Part shown: piece after piece, positions 24,576 to 37,500 of the stretch
Layout of the letters: every line of letters starts with the position of its first letter
Numbering within the stretch: the stretch's first letter is position 1
From: Schizochytrium sp. TIO01
Lineage: Eukaryota > Protista > Bigyra: Labyrinthulomycetes
Assembly (NCBI GenBank): GCA_004764695.1
Contig: SMSO01000031.1
Location: 6,988,761 to 7,052,760 of the forward strand
Length of the DNA: 64,000 bases
Direction of reading: 5' to 3'
Position numbers and translations under genes: made by a program
The notes under the pieces: model-generated
Told to the model about the DNA's origin: nothing
Database searches by the model: none
Seen by the model: the letters and a program-made list of their open reading frames with translations, nothing else

Positions 24576-25109
24576 ACTTGACTTTCCTGTGAACAAAGAC
24601 ATATAAATGACAGACAAGCTTTTTTTTCGGTTTAGATTACCTTTTGCTCTTATGTAGGTATTTAGATATTTTCTCTTGGTTTAAAAGATTAATTCGCTTC
24701 ATGACTGGTAACATAAGACTGATAGATCGTACTAGTACTTAAGTGATGTTATAGTGAGCGAAATCAGAAAACTTAAATTAGAAGAGTGCAAACTTTAAAC
24801 CACGCTCACGTTCAGGTATATACTTTGCTAGTAATGTATATTCGTTCAAGTGGCGATACTCCTCCTGAGAGAGTATGCACCGCTTTGTAGTTCTATAACA
24901 GCCTAACTCCTAAATACGCCCCCTGAAAGTGGCACAATAAGCGTCTCACTTTGCAGGAATCTTATAAGGAAGAGTACTACTTCTTGTTTTAAAACTTGGA
25001 ATGAAGAGAAAAGGAACTGTGAACATGAGCACATGCAGCACTCTTTGTCCAGCCAAGCCTCACTATCTAGCAATTCATGAAGGTTTCATCCATTGGCGCT
25101 AGCAAGAAT

Positions 25110-25691
25110 CTACGCACTTAATTGATTAACATTTTTAAGAAGCTGCGGAGGAAGACTCAGCAATATTTGCTCCACTCGTTGGAGATCCTTACGCACTTCC
25201 TTGCACAAATGCACATCTCCTCCGTCGCAACCCTCATCTTCACCCGAATATTTTTCTGCCTCTGTGAGTGCTCTATTGAGTGAGACCTTTGCCATGGCAG
25301 GTTCTCCAAAGTTCAACTGTGCTCGTCCTAGTGTGAGCCATCCCTCTACAAACGAAGGCGACTCAGCAACTGCCTTTTCTGCGAAGATCACCGCCTCAAA
25401 GAACTTATTGCGTTCCATTTCCACTTGTGCTGCCATTTCCAAAGCTGCTGCAAGTTCTTTGGAGCCCTTCAAAGTGAATACAGGAGATTGCACCGCCAAG
25501 GCTCTCTTAAAAGCGTCTGCAGCAGCATCCATTTCACCTAGCTCCGCTTGTTGCACTGCATCTCGAACTCTCGCCCGAAAGGTTTTCACCGCTACATCTA
25601 TCGACGCTGGGGAAGGTGATATCGAACAGACAACACCTACAGGAACGTCGTAGGCCTCCGCAAAAACATCATCCTCGTCCTCCTCACTCAT
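25110..25691 (-). CDS. TTC33: TPR protein, TTC33-like
   Basis: ATG at 25691 (MSEEDEDD). Three TPR-like helical pairs; EMAAQVEME..FFEAVIFAEKAV..PSFVEGWLTLGRAQLNFGEP matches the TTC33 pattern. Confidence 0.75.
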   Translation of the reverse strand: MSEEDEDDVFAEAYDVPVGVVCSISPSPASIDVAVKTFRARVRDAVQQAELGEMDAAADAFKRALAVQSPVFTLKGSKELAAALEMAAQVEMERNKFFEAVIFAEKAVAESPSFVEGWLTLGRAQLNFGEPAMAKVSLNRALTEAEKYSGEDEGCDGGDVHLCKEVRKDLQRVEQILLSLPPQLLKNVNQLSA

Positions 25692-27412
25692 GGACGCCCG
25701 AAGAATCTCAGTTTGGGTTTGTTCTCGCAATTTTATAAATTTTAAATTTTTATATTTGGCCCAGGCTAATAAGGCATATATGCCTACATATTAATTAATT
25801 AATTTATTTATTTTTAAATTTAAAGTTTCTTTTTTTAATTTATAAGTATGTAGGCTATATAGAGAGGCAAAAAAAAGAAATGGAACTCCCTAGCTTGTGG
25901 AATGTTTAACAACTCTTGATCAAGCAGAGAAGCTACAGAGTACTTTAACCCTGTCAAGGCTTGCCCAGGACATATCTACGATTGCAATGCAATCTCAATG
26001 TAATGCAACTTCTATCCTAGCAACGGTGATACTTTTGATATGTGAAAAGTTGCCTAGACTAAACATCTCAGCAAACCACCATGCACCTGGGTCAAAGCAG
26101 CAGACCTTCAATTTTTAATATGATCTGAAATTGTAAATGTCAGTTCCTGTACTTCTTACCCATCTCTATGTGCAGAGAAAAGTATAGAAGCTTGGCGGAA
26201 TTTCTTATCTCGAGGACCACTTTCCTAGCTATTACTCCAATTTTCTTTTGAGGAGTAACATTTGCAAGGGTGGTTGTCAATACAATTTGGGCGCTTAACT
26301 TTCGTAACTGGTTTTTACCGCAATGCGCCTCCACCATTTAAGCCTGTCGAACCCATAAATCTGATTATTAAAGTCCCTTTAGAAAGTTTGCGTTATATTC
26401 TTGTTCAATCATATTTCAATTTATCTGGTTGTATTACAACAAATAACCTAGACCATACTTTTGCTAACGCAACCTAATGCCTGTCTCCACTTTCAGCTCA
26501 ACAGGTAAATCCTTCCTATGTACTACTTATCATAGACCATAAATATATTGCTGTATCTATTGCATTAGTGTCAATGCTCGTGAGCTCTTACGGACTCTTT
26601 TTGTGACGATCATCCTTTCCTTGGAGTGTCTCATTTTTAAAATATTCTACAATACACTGTACACGCTCTGAGAGAACTCTGTTAATCAATGTACTAGACC
26701 ATCTCGATCTTTCTCCTCAATTTTTTAATTGCTCTCGACGTCAAACTAGACGTTTTGCATCTCTTGGATCTAGCCAGACTAAGCACAACTGAAAAGTAAT
26801 TGCAGCCGCCTTGCACGTGCGCCAGATTAGGAGGTAAATCCGTTCATTCTATTTAAGCACAGCTGAGTGAATGCAATTTCACATTCTCGGCTTTAGCAGA
26901 CTGCTCAGGAACGCTCCTTCAGTATCGTTGTCGCTCCTTAGACATAAGTTCTTCTGAAGAACCCAAAAAACTACCCTAGACCCATATTTAATGTGTAGGC
27001 CTAAATTACAAGAAATAAAACTAAGTTGGTTCGAACGGTGAACATTCAAACATCCAGCGAATGGATCATTAAAGTCCACACTGTGAATATACTGATAGTT
27101 TTGAGGACACCTTAGCGACGGGAGTTGAAGCTTCTTCTGTCTCTGTTGCTGTAATCATTCACTTACTCAACTTTATATTTTTTAACTCTTAAGTATCTAC
27201 CTAGGCTTCTCAGTAAAGGCGCTAATCAATTGTTATTATTCTAGCCACTGACAATAATGTAATACAGCGCAGTTCGTGGTCGTCATCAAATCTAGATTGC
27301 CCTCGCGTTCGTGTGTCTATCACACGAACGTTGACCTCACTTTGCGAACTCATTGTCTTGGTCCTTGCGTGACTTTTCGTAGAAGCACCTGCGCTAGACT
27401 CTTGATCAAACA

Positions 27413-28610
27413 ATGGCAACCATGAAGAAGGGCTTGAGGCTACTGCTGCTCGGTGCTCCTGGTGTAGGCAAGGGCACGTATGGAAATCTTCTCGCAAAGG
27501 GATCTGGGATTCCTCTCGTAGGAACTGGGGAGCTCGTTCGGGCGGAGATGAAGGCAGGCTCCCCAAGAGCTGAACGGATGCGGGCTGTTGTCGCCAGCGG
27601 AGACCTGCTCCCCGACGACCTCGTGCTCGACCTTGTGCGTGAGAAGCTCGAGCAGCAGACAAAGCGCGGCGAGGGATTCCTGCTTGTAAGTTTTAACATA
27701 GACGGTTGAGCTCCATGGATACAAATGTCTGCTCTAGTCGCGACGCCGGACTTGGATTAGAGTGTTTCATGTTGGTCTCAAAGAACTGCGTTTTCCTTAA
27801 AGAAGCAATGGATTAGCTGCAATGATGTGTTAATGTAGAGAAACCAAAGACAACTGACAGTTTATGTGAGAACACGATGTGATCTGACAGGATGGGTTTC
27901 CACGCACTGTGCCTCAAGCTCGTGCATTGCAGGAGTTTGCTCCTCTTGATGCAGTGATTAACCTCGAACTTGTAAAGGAGGAGTTTCTTGTGGCCAAACT
28001 TTTGGGCAGAAGGTAAGTTGTTTTCCATAAACGCATGTGCCATTCCAAACCTCTCTTGTGAATTTTTTTTAAATGAAAACGCGCGCATGTAGCCTTAACT
28101 TTGCAATGAACCTTGCTGCAAATGAACCATGGAGACTGACATTTGAACGGGGTCACCTCCTATTCAACTACTTTGGAATTACAACATGATCCTTTATATT
28201 GCGGAAATTCTGTTTATTTGGAAAAAAACAAAAACAAAAAACAAAATTAAAATATGGACACCAAACCTGTGATGGCAAATAATTCATCTAACAGGGCATG
28301 CACATCATGTGGCAAGTCGTTCAATGTGGCTGATGTTTTTGATGAGTCTGAGGGCGTGAGCATGCCCGCGTTGCTGCCTTCGAACAAGTCTCACACACAT
28401 TGCAGCTGTGGCGGAGAGCTTGGCTGTCGTGATGACGACACGGAGGAGACTATTCGACAACGCTTGCAAGTATATAAAGACCAAACTCTACCCCTTGTTG
28501 AGTTTTACAACGACATTGGCATCCTTACGAAATTCACAATTCGTCGTGGTCTCGATGACATGCCAAAGCTTGAAGCTTTGGTTGAAGAGCAGGCTGCCCG
28601 TAAGGCTTAA
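27413..28610 (+). CDS. adk: Adenylate kinase, 3 exons (27413-27685, 27891-28012, 28295-28610), with a Cys-containing long LID
   Basis: P-loop GAPGVGKGT. Splicing at GTAAGT...CTGACAG and GTAAGT...CTAACAG restores GFLL|DGFPRT and LLGR|RACTSCG in frame. RDDDTEETIRQRL..Y..QT.PL..FY is present. Confidence 0.92.
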
Positions 28611-28990
28611 GTCTCCTGGAATACGAAGTTGAAGAACGAATCATGTATATCTTCCCTGTGTCTGTCAGCATCTGCCTACACAGATATGCAGGGAAGCCTA
28701 TCGATTTGCCACCTGGACCTAGGTATGCACAACCTGGCGATAATTCAAGGTAATTTGCACTCCCTCAACTAGGGGAGTTATTTTAAAAGATAATTTACTT
28801 CATAGGAGAAGGTGTATTATGATGTTTGGTATGTGGATCGATTAAACAATATAACACCATATCTGCTTTATATGATCACCGAAACCTTGCGCCAAAAAAG
28901 ATACTTCAAGACGCAACGTGTCTTATGGCTAAAATTAATAGATCACGCAAAGCAGAGCAAGTTGGTGATTATACACTTCTATCATATAAC

Positions 28991-31900
28991 TTAATCAATG
29001 TTAAGTGTAAATGGAAGCTTGATGAAAGAGCGAATAGGTTTACGAATCGTCATAACGTCCGTCTCCGCTTCATAGATAAAGTCAAGTTTTTCTTTGGTCT
29101 TTGCATCAGTCACTTGCGTAGGTTTACGCCCCATACCAAGTATCACTACTCGCTCGACATCCAACGATGGCTTGAAGTTAGTACTACCGCATTCAACGGT
29201 ACCCGTAAGACGCGAAGCCTGCTTTTCCAACGCAAAACGGGCGAAACAAGATGCACCCTTGCGATAATCAAAGGTGAGCTCATCATCCACATATAGGTTT
29301 CCTGAAGCAACTCCGCCAGCTTGGGAATCAACACCAACCATGAGAGTATACGGATCATTTCGCATGGCCTGAGAGGATCGGCGAACACGCATTTTGCGGG
29401 GGACAATTGCACCAGCACGCAGAAAGACAGGGATTTTGTCCAAGGGAGCATCCTCTGTGATGTCTTGACCGCCTTCCTTCAGAGCATAGGGGTGCTCAAA
29501 TTGATACCAAGAGAAACCTTGCGGGAGATAAACAGAGGTCGAAGTTAGATCAGCTTCGGTGACAGCCTTAACCAAAAGGTCTTCGCCCAAGAGCCACTGG
29601 TCACCAATTGTGAACGTCCTTTCATCTTGCGGTGCAAGAGACCAGAGTGGCCGCATGACCGGCATACCTTCTTGCTCGTGCTCATTAAACAAGGTGTACC
29701 AGAATGGCAAGAGCGAGTAGCGTAGGTTGATTGTTTTGCGAATTCGCTCAAGCACCTCCCCTTCGTACAAATAAGGTTCCCGACGTTTTGTGTCAATATG
29801 GGCATGGGCACGGAAGAACGGCTGAAACGCCGCGGCCTGATACCATCGCTGCAAAAGCTCTTCATCAGGATTACCAAAAAAGCCACCAACATCAGCTCCG
29901 GCAAAGGGCAAACCTGCCACATTCAAGCTCAGAAGCATGTCACTAGCGATACGAAGGTGACTCCATTTTGCAGCGTTGTCGCCAGTCCAAATCGCGCCAA
30001 AACGCTGTGATCCGGCAAAAAATGAGCGAGACAGTACAAACGGCCGCATATTTTGATCCGGGTTGCGTTGGATCAGTCCCTCAGCTGTCGCCCAATGATG
30101 GTAGAATCCATACAAATTGTGCCATTCACGGTGTTCCCAACCATCCAACGACCGTGCTTCCTTGGTCATGGAAACCTCCGGTCCGTTAAAAACGCTGGGC
30201 TCATTCATGTCGTTCCATGTGTAGAGAATGTCCGTACTTCCCTTGTATTTGTTATAGCTGAAAAGCTCAGACCACCATTGACGGACTTCTGCGGATGTAA
30301 AGTCGAGATACGACGAATCACCAGGCCAACACCAACCTTTAAAGTCATTCTTGCCGTCCTTGTCTTTGATGTAATATCCTTTACGCTCAGCTTCCTTGTG
30401 GACATGGTAGCCCGAGTCACGCTTAATATGGGGGTCTACGATTGTTACCATCTTGCGGCCGTAGTGCTTAATATTATCTTGCATGGCTTCAGGAGTGGCA
30501 AACTTGTGCTGATCCCAGGTGAAGTAACGCTTGCCATCAGTGTGTTCGATATCAAGCCACAAGACATCATACGGGAGGTTAGCCTTTTCAAAGTTAGCAT
30601 TTACTTCTTCAACGTCCTTTTCGTCACGGTAGTTCCACCGACTTTGGTGGTAGGCGAGTGAGAACATGGGTGGAAGAGGTGTAGTGCCGGTGAGGGAGGC
30701 ATACTGCTGGAAGATATCTTTTGGTGTGGGTCCCACCATGACCATGAGATCAACTACACCAGTTTCGCTCATCCAATGTATTTGGCGATCACCTTCGCCT
30801 TGTGTGGACACAAGATCAACATACGTTTCGGAAGGGTTATTCCAAAATACACTTGCTGTTCCCTTAACAGAGTGACCGATAGCCAGTGGAATATGACCAT
30901 AAAGAGCCATAGGCTCGTCAATCTCGTACTCAAACACATCGAGATTATAATTACGGTACGGCTCGTCAAAAGATGCTTCACTCTTGGGGCCCTGTGTATT
31001 TTTGAGATCGAAAGGCGCAGCGTGCTCAGGAATACCGTAGACATGTTTGCAACCCACAAAAGTGACGTCAAGACCTACAGACGTAGCACCATGGGGCTTT
31101 GCATCAGTGTGTCCACCGAAAGACTCTGAGGCATCAGGGTCGTTTGCCGAGTTGGAAGATGCTTCCGCACCTTCACCAGTATGCCCATGTCCTTCCGCAT
31201 CATCACTCTGCCCGTCTTCATAAACCGGCTTGCCGTCTTCACCCCAGTCAATAATCTTGCGTCCTGGATCCTGACTGCCACCCAGCTGTGCCATACCATC
31301 TCCCACGGCCTGTTCTGTCCGCAAATTTCCATCTTCACCAGGTTTGCGTTGGTCAAAGTGCAGCATGTTAGCGCTGTTGATCTTTACGATTGCACGACCT
31401 GTAGTGGGATCCTCAACGAGCACCCGGAAAGGTGCGGTGTGTACAATCGCTCTTAAACGTCCATCGCTAGAGGTCATCGCGAAAAGTTCCTTATTTTCTG
31501 AATCTTTTGCGAGGTTGAGTTTGGTAGCCTCTTGATCAAGGTGTTCTGCTCCCAGCAATATATCTGGGGACTCGTAGCGAGCTCGGAGACCTTCATGAGC
31601 AGGCTCTGTGATTCGCATGCGCAGGACGCCACGTTTATAAGCTTGGAAGCTCAGATCTAGAGGGCCTCGCGAGCCTTTTACAGCGACCTGGGCTCTCACT
31701 AGATCTCCATCCTGAACAAACGACTCAGGAAGCACATGATACTGCTCAGAGGTTTCTACTCTGTTGCGTTGTCTTGTGCAGAACCCCGTCTTGGCACAGG
31801 TCCTGAATTTGCTGCGATCGACACCAAGTGCGAGTCCTGCAATGCAACTGAAGACTGCAATTACGAGACACCACCTCCAGACAGCTATGCTGCGCCGAGC

Positions 31901-32026
31901 ACTCTTCTGGCGTCGCGAAGGAACACCAGAAGGGATTGAAACCTCCATTGAAGACGATGTCTTCATAGAAAACGTTGAACAACGGGTTTGCGCCGTTGCC
32001 AGCTGCTCCATGTTGGCGTGTTTCAT
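28991..32026 (-). CDS. GANAB: ER glucosidase II alpha subunit (GH31)
   Basis: Hydrophobic signal followed by VDRSKFRTC; YNLDVFEY, WLDIEHTDGKRYFTWD, catalytic WNDMNEPSVFNGPE, WTGDN, GADVGGFFGNP, RAHAHIDTKRREPY. First ATG is at 32026; the true start may be a downstream Met. Confidence 0.96.
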   Translation of the reverse strand: MKHANMEQLATAQTRCSTFSMKTSSSMEVSIPSGVPSRRQKSARRSIAVWRWCLVIAVFSCIAGLALGVDRSKFRTCAKTGFCTRQRNRVETSEQYHVLPESFVQDGDLVRAQVAVKGSRGPLDLSFQAYKRGVLRMRITEPAHEGLRARYESPDILLGAEHLDQEATKLNLAKDSENKELFAMTSSDGRLRAIVHTAPFRVLVEDPTTGRAIVKINSANMLHFDQRKPGEDGNLRTEQAVGDGMAQLGGSQDPGRKIIDWGEDGKPVYEDGQSDDAEGHGHTGEGAEASSNSANDPDASESFGGHTDAKPHGATSVGLDVTFVGCKHVYGIPEHAAPFDLKNTQGPKSEASFDEPYRNYNLDVFEYEIDEPMALYGHIPLAIGHSVKGTASVFWNNPSETYVDLVSTQGEGDRQIHWMSETGVVDLMVMVGPTPKDIFQQYASLTGTTPLPPMFSLAYHQSRWNYRDEKDVEEVNANFEKANLPYDVLWLDIEHTDGKRYFTWDQHKFATPEAMQDNIKHYGRKMVTIVDPHIKRDSGYHVHKEAERKGYYIKDKDGKNDFKGWCWPGDSSYLDFTSAEVRQWWSELFSYNKYKGSTDILYTWNDMNEPSVFNGPEVSMTKEARSLDGWEHREWHNLYGFYHHWATAEGLIQRNPDQNMRPFVLSRSFFAGSQRFGAIWTGDNAAKWSHLRIASDMLLSLNVAGLPFAGADVGGFFGNPDEELLQRWYQAAAFQPFFRAHAHIDTKRREPYLYEGEVLERIRKTINLRYSLLPFWYTLFNEHEQEGMPVMRPLWSLAPQDERTFTIGDQWLLGEDLLVKAVTEADLTSTSVYLPQGFSWYQFEHPYALKEGGQDITEDAPLDKIPVFLRAGAIVPRKMRVRRSSQAMRNDPYTLMVGVDSQAGGVASGNLYVDDELTFDYRKGASCFARFALEKQASRLTGTVECGSTNFKPSLDVERVVILGMGRKPTQVTDAKTKEKLDFIYEAETDVMTIRKPIRSFIKLPFTLNID

Positions 32027-34530
32027 CACGTCCAATCGGCAAAAGCCGCTTTGAGGTACGTAGTAGGTACGCGAAAGGCTTTGAAGAGCCTCTCGTCTGA
32101 TCGCCTGCGTCCGATTATACACCGCCTCTTTCTGAGCTGGCGGTGAAAGGGATTGCTGGAGTATAGATAGATATTGTCAACAAAGTAGTCCAAGTTGACG
32201 AATCTGATGCAATTCCGTTGGAATTATTTAGATGAATTATGTACTGAATTTGGAATCCCCAAACTAGAAGACATGCTGCCAGCCACAGTAGACAGAGACG
32301 CTCTCCTTTTAATGCATTGGAGGAGATATGAAGAGAGTTCAACAACTCAGCAAGTAAACAAGCTTTATTAACAGCATGCTGCGATCAGAGCCGAAGGCCT
32401 TATAGTGACAATTGCTGTCATATTCTGAGATATGAGGTCCTTTGTAAGTCAGATGTTTCATTTGGTGGCGCCTGTAGAGATAAAATTTTGACCACAAGTT
32501 CGGCCTAGCGACACTAAACAAATATTTGATTGTGCAATCAAACTCAGGACTTACTTATGCTACGAGGACACCCTGAGCCCAAATTTGCTAGAGCTTATTA
32601 ATTTGGGATTTTTAGCAGAGAATGGTGCGTGCACACACAGTCTTGAATGTTGTAATTAAAATTAAACGCAGCACCATAACCTGTAGTAGTATTGGAAGAG
32701 GCTTTGATGATGACTTTGGCTCCCATGCTAAGATTGATACCTCTGTGGGCGTGTTTGCGCGGCAGTTGACCGTGATGAGAACGTCGCACTTTCTGAGCGC
32801 ATCATCATGGAGGCTAACCCTTTCAGGTGGCCGTGGTAAACTCCAGCGTTTGGAGCTGACAGAGTAGTTCTGAATCACAGTAATTCATCGCTTCCTCCAC
32901 AAAAAGAAACACAGCGATAGAATCAAAAGGATACAATAATAGACTTTTGAAAATAAGTCTCAAAGTCTACAGTAAGGCTTTAATGCAACTCACAAGTGCA
33001 ATAATATTCGCAAAATATACACTAGCATACAGACCAATGTGCTTACAATCATATCATACGCACGTCTTTATACATGCAACAACAGTATAACCACTATAGC
33101 TTGCAGTTCCTGCTACCTTTGCAATTGCTTCAGAGGTGCCTGGGTTGCATGCATGCATAAACGCCGTAGAATGAATTAAAGGTTCGGTTCTGATCAGAAA
33201 ATACTCGCGTAAACGAAGCACGATTAATTTCAAGCCCGAAATGATCAGTTGCAATATTAAAAACTCTTTCACCCCCAAAGTTCATGATGTTAGCTCCATA
33301 AGCTGAGTTGGGATTCGCGAACTCGCTAAAGTTTGAACATTTGCGGTATTCCAGCTGCAACTTTCGGCAGTTCCATTTTCGATTTCTTGATCATCCCTAA
33401 CCTGTAAATGTGCTTTTGCAGTTAATTGTTTGGAATACCGAAGCGTTTGGCGAACGAAATAGTTTACGTCGCCTTGTTTGTATTGATATGCCAGCGATGG
33501 CACCGTGCACACGCAACGGCACTGGAACAGAGATCTAGGTGTTTTCGAGTGGTGTTTCCTAAGTTGTGAGCCCACGATTCTTACAATCGAAAGTCAAAAG
33601 AATCATTTCACCTTTTAAAAAAGCTTATCCTCTGGTTAGAGTTCAGACTGGGTCAAACTAGAGTTCTTCAACAAACTTCGAAGTTTGCTTGAGAAGATAC
33701 CATATCTTAATTTATTTCGGTTTCGTGTTTGATATTCACTGTACATGCTAAACATCCGTTCATACTCGTATTGACGATTAATAATCACTTTCACAAGTAC
33801 AACTGTTTTCTATCTATCTGTATTTTGCTTCAATAGTGGCTAACCAAGTTTTGCGTTTTGACTAAAATGCGAAACTGGATGACCTGGTTGGCTCGTCCCG
33901 GAAATAACCACTGCTCAATAAAGACAAAGTCTATAGATGCGGGAAGTGGCTCGGTCAATACTATTATTTTGCAGACCAAAAAAGTTACCAGCGTTCACTC
34001 GCCTTGCTTGCAATGTCTCATATCGCCAACAACGCTACTATCTTTCGCGAACGAGTAAGCCCTTAATGAACTCCCTTGGTATTATGATAATACCCTGCTA
34101 ACCGGACTCTAAGAGGTGTGTTTTGTTGCCGAGCTAACGGGGACTCTTTCATCCACTACGTTAGTGCCTACTGAGATGGTGGCAATTTAACAGAGCCACA
34201 CTTGCTGCTTTGGCTTGCTTCGTTCCAGTGCATAGTTTACGAACATCATATTTTCCAAAATCTCTCCAAATCTCTTCATATTTCCCAATTCAAGATGTAA
34301 TTACAGAGTCAGTCCCACGCCGCATGATCCCCGCAACCTGTGTGTGCCTTACTTCTATTAGCTCCACCAAGCTCTGCTTGATGTCCTAAGGGCTGACGTT
34401 CTGCAGTAACCCCTAAAGTATTTTTAGAAACTCTTCTTACAAAATAAAACAATCATTAAATTCATTTTCATCTTATCCCCCAAAGTGGGTGTTTACTGAG
34501 CGTGCGAGGAATACGAAGATCGAAAAATAT

Positions 34531-37500
34531 TCAAGAGAACGTAGCGCCATCAGCATAAACAACCTTATCCCAAAACCTGAACCGAGCGTTGTGTGCATTC
34601 ATGTACTTCTTGATCTCACTAGGAAGATCTTTCGATTTCAAAGATTTCTCAACAAGGTCGCTTGACAGAGAGAGTCGCTGCATCAAAGCTTCCTCGAGCG
34701 TATCTGAGGTACTGGATTCTGAGGTAAAGTGCAAGAAAACAGTGCGTGGTTCATCATTTTCTCGACGTAAACTGGTTGACTCCAGAAATGGCCCAAATTC
34801 ACAATCTTGCAGCGAAAACCCATTGTCCATAATGAATACAAATGCAAAAATGCACCTCTGAAAGTACTGCTCAGTTTCTGCAATGGACTTAGCTTTAAAA
34901 ATCTCAATACCAAAATTGCCAAGTAACGCAGTAAGCTCTACTGTCGCCTCCGAGTCTGCACGCTGAATAATAAGCGCTCGAGGCGTAACAGTGTGGATCC
35001 AGTGGGTGATTTCCAGCAGACGAGGTCTTTCATATGAATCTATGTATAGATCTTTTCGGTTGATTGCAAGTTCAAGCAAGGCAGGCTGTGCATAGTCATG
35101 GGAGAAAGAAGATCTCCGATTAACAACATTTGGGGAGGAATTAGACCCTTCTAACTGCGCGAAACCAAGAGCAATCCACCTCAGTAAGGTCACTAGGTGG
35201 TACGCAGGTACACTCGATTGCATAGTGCCAAGTTGGATTTGGTGAAAACAGCTGTACCATTCGTTGATAGCACGGGAATAACGACGATGAAATGCAAGGC
35301 TCATGCCATAGCATTTCGTGGTTAGAAAGAAGCGTTGATCGCCAGGCCCGTACTCAGAGGATTGAATTTCGAAAGCTCTTTGAAAAAGTTCTTCGGATTT
35401 CTCAGAGGGCGCTCCACTTAAGTCTAAAGCCTTCGCAAGGTGCACATAGGTCGCTCCAAGTTCCGCTGGACGGGACTCAAGACATTCTTGTAGTTTGACA
35501 GACTTGCGTAAGCTTTCTTCGGCAAGGATAACATCTTCATCTCGTTTTCGATTTGTCCACTTGTCGTCGAAAATTTCCATATGCATGTTTATTAGAGTCC
35601 GCCCAAAATGATAATGAGTAACATAAAGCTTCGGGTTCATCATTTCCTCTCGAATCTTGATTGACTCCTGAAAGCTGGCAATTGCTTCGTCAACCGCATC
35701 ATCCTCAAAAAGGTCACCAAGCATGCGTCCTTTGGCAGTCAGGATATCGCCCAGAATGCTTCTGAGATCCTGGTATTCTGCTGCATCTCCGCTCGGGTCT
35801 GTACCTAAGCCTTTACTGTATCGAGACTCCAGTCGCTCACGGATTTTCTTGCTCATGGCATCCATGAGTCTAATACCATCTCTATTAGCCCCTTTAATGG
35901 TGAAGACAGGTGCTAAGACAAATGTTGTCCTGGCGAGAGTAGGAAGATCCAGAAAGCTCTCAAAATAGCTCAAAAACCTTTCCGGGTCCACATTTTCAGC
36001 TTTGTGAAGAAAAATGTATTCCTGAATCGGTTGAAGGATGAGTTGCATCACAGCAGCTCTGACTTTTGCATCGATAGTAGTACCAATAGACAGGTTGCTA
36101 ATTTCATGTGCTATGAACTTTGAGTCGGACTCTTTAGAGCATTGGCTTTGATGCAAGCTGAGTCCTTCGACCAGTTTTGCTAGGTTTTTAACCACAGCGG
36201 AATCTTGCCCATTCCAGTTGTTGAGGTGTTTATTTATAGCAAGTTTCGCGTCATTGGGGATTGCTATGGAAAGAGATTTATTGCCCTCTAAAGCCAAAGC
36301 AATCTCATACCAACACCATCTTCGAGTTAGAACCTTCGGTTCGGAAAACCCGTCCATCACCACAATCACGCTGTCCCGAGTAGAGTTGATTATTTGCACG
36401 ACTGTTTGGCGCAAAACACGATCCTCATCACCCAGGGAACCAACTACAATGGCGTCTTTCCTATTTCTTCGATATTGTGGAACCGCAAACAAATCTAGCC
36501 ATAGGTACTTTTCATCTGGTGTTCGAGAGTGCTTCTTTTGAGGCTCTCCATCAATTGGAGCGAGGGCATCAACAAGATCCTTAAACTTCGTCTTCCAAGC
36601 ATAACAAACGTAATCGGTGGCAGGGCCGAACCAAGTGCTGGGATCACTTTCTTCCTTTGTTTTTGCGCATGCGAGCAACTTCATTCGTAGGATATTACCC
36701 TCATCTTTTTGTAAAAGCTGTATCAAACTTTGGGACTCTGACTCCTGTTGCTTAGGCTTACTGAGTTTCCAAATAGTCCACTCGGGAATGCGATCTTCTT
36801 CGTCATCATTTTCAGTTGGAGATAAAGCTCCGACAAGATTGTATTCATCAAGGGCCTCAAATTGAGGTACATGCTGCTTGATGAAGCGCGCAAAAAGTCT
36901 AAGAAAACCAATGCTAACACCGAAATGAACTTTGCTCTTACCGTTTCGGGACTTTGCGACGAGTTGAAGATTGCTAGTGGCTTCGTCTTGACAGGACCCG
37001 CCCTCAATACTAATCTCTTCTTTTTCGGTCTCACGTTGTAGCATATCATGATGGACTAGCGCTGGTGCTTGTGGATCTCCGCTCAATGTGTCTACACCAT
37101 ACCGTAGTGGCCTAAAAACATGTTGCATCAGAAGAACAATCTTTTCCCACATAAAAACAAGGATCTGTGCCGCACTTGTCAAAAACAAAACATCGCACAG
37201 ATCAGAAAATGAACTTCGCTGAGTTCTTTTGTAGGACTGATTGTTGCTTGAGGGATTGTTAGCATCGCTTGCTTTTCGCTTTCTCCCAGGGGCCGGGCTA
37301 TCTTGCCCATCTTTCTTTGAGTTTCGCTTTTCACCGCGAGGTTTCTTCTTCACCTTATTAAGGGTTTCCAGTGCCAACTCTTCGTTTGTAATCTTCACAT
37401 GCCTGTATTCATATAGAATTGCTGCGCACCATCTTGCAAAGAGAAGTAGTAAAGCCTCGTGTAACACAGCACATGGAGCTCCATCCACTTCCATTTCCAA

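Noticed and set aside
25900-27100. Short ORFs between TTC33 and adk
   Set aside because: All under 75 aa, no motifs, intergenic composition.
28254-28294. ATG start of ORF 28254..28610
   Set aside because: Lies inside adk intron 2; the ORF is exon 3.
32115-34500. Scattered 60-97 aa ORFs downstream of the HET-like gene
   Set aside because: No homology recognised; cannot be linked into a gene model.
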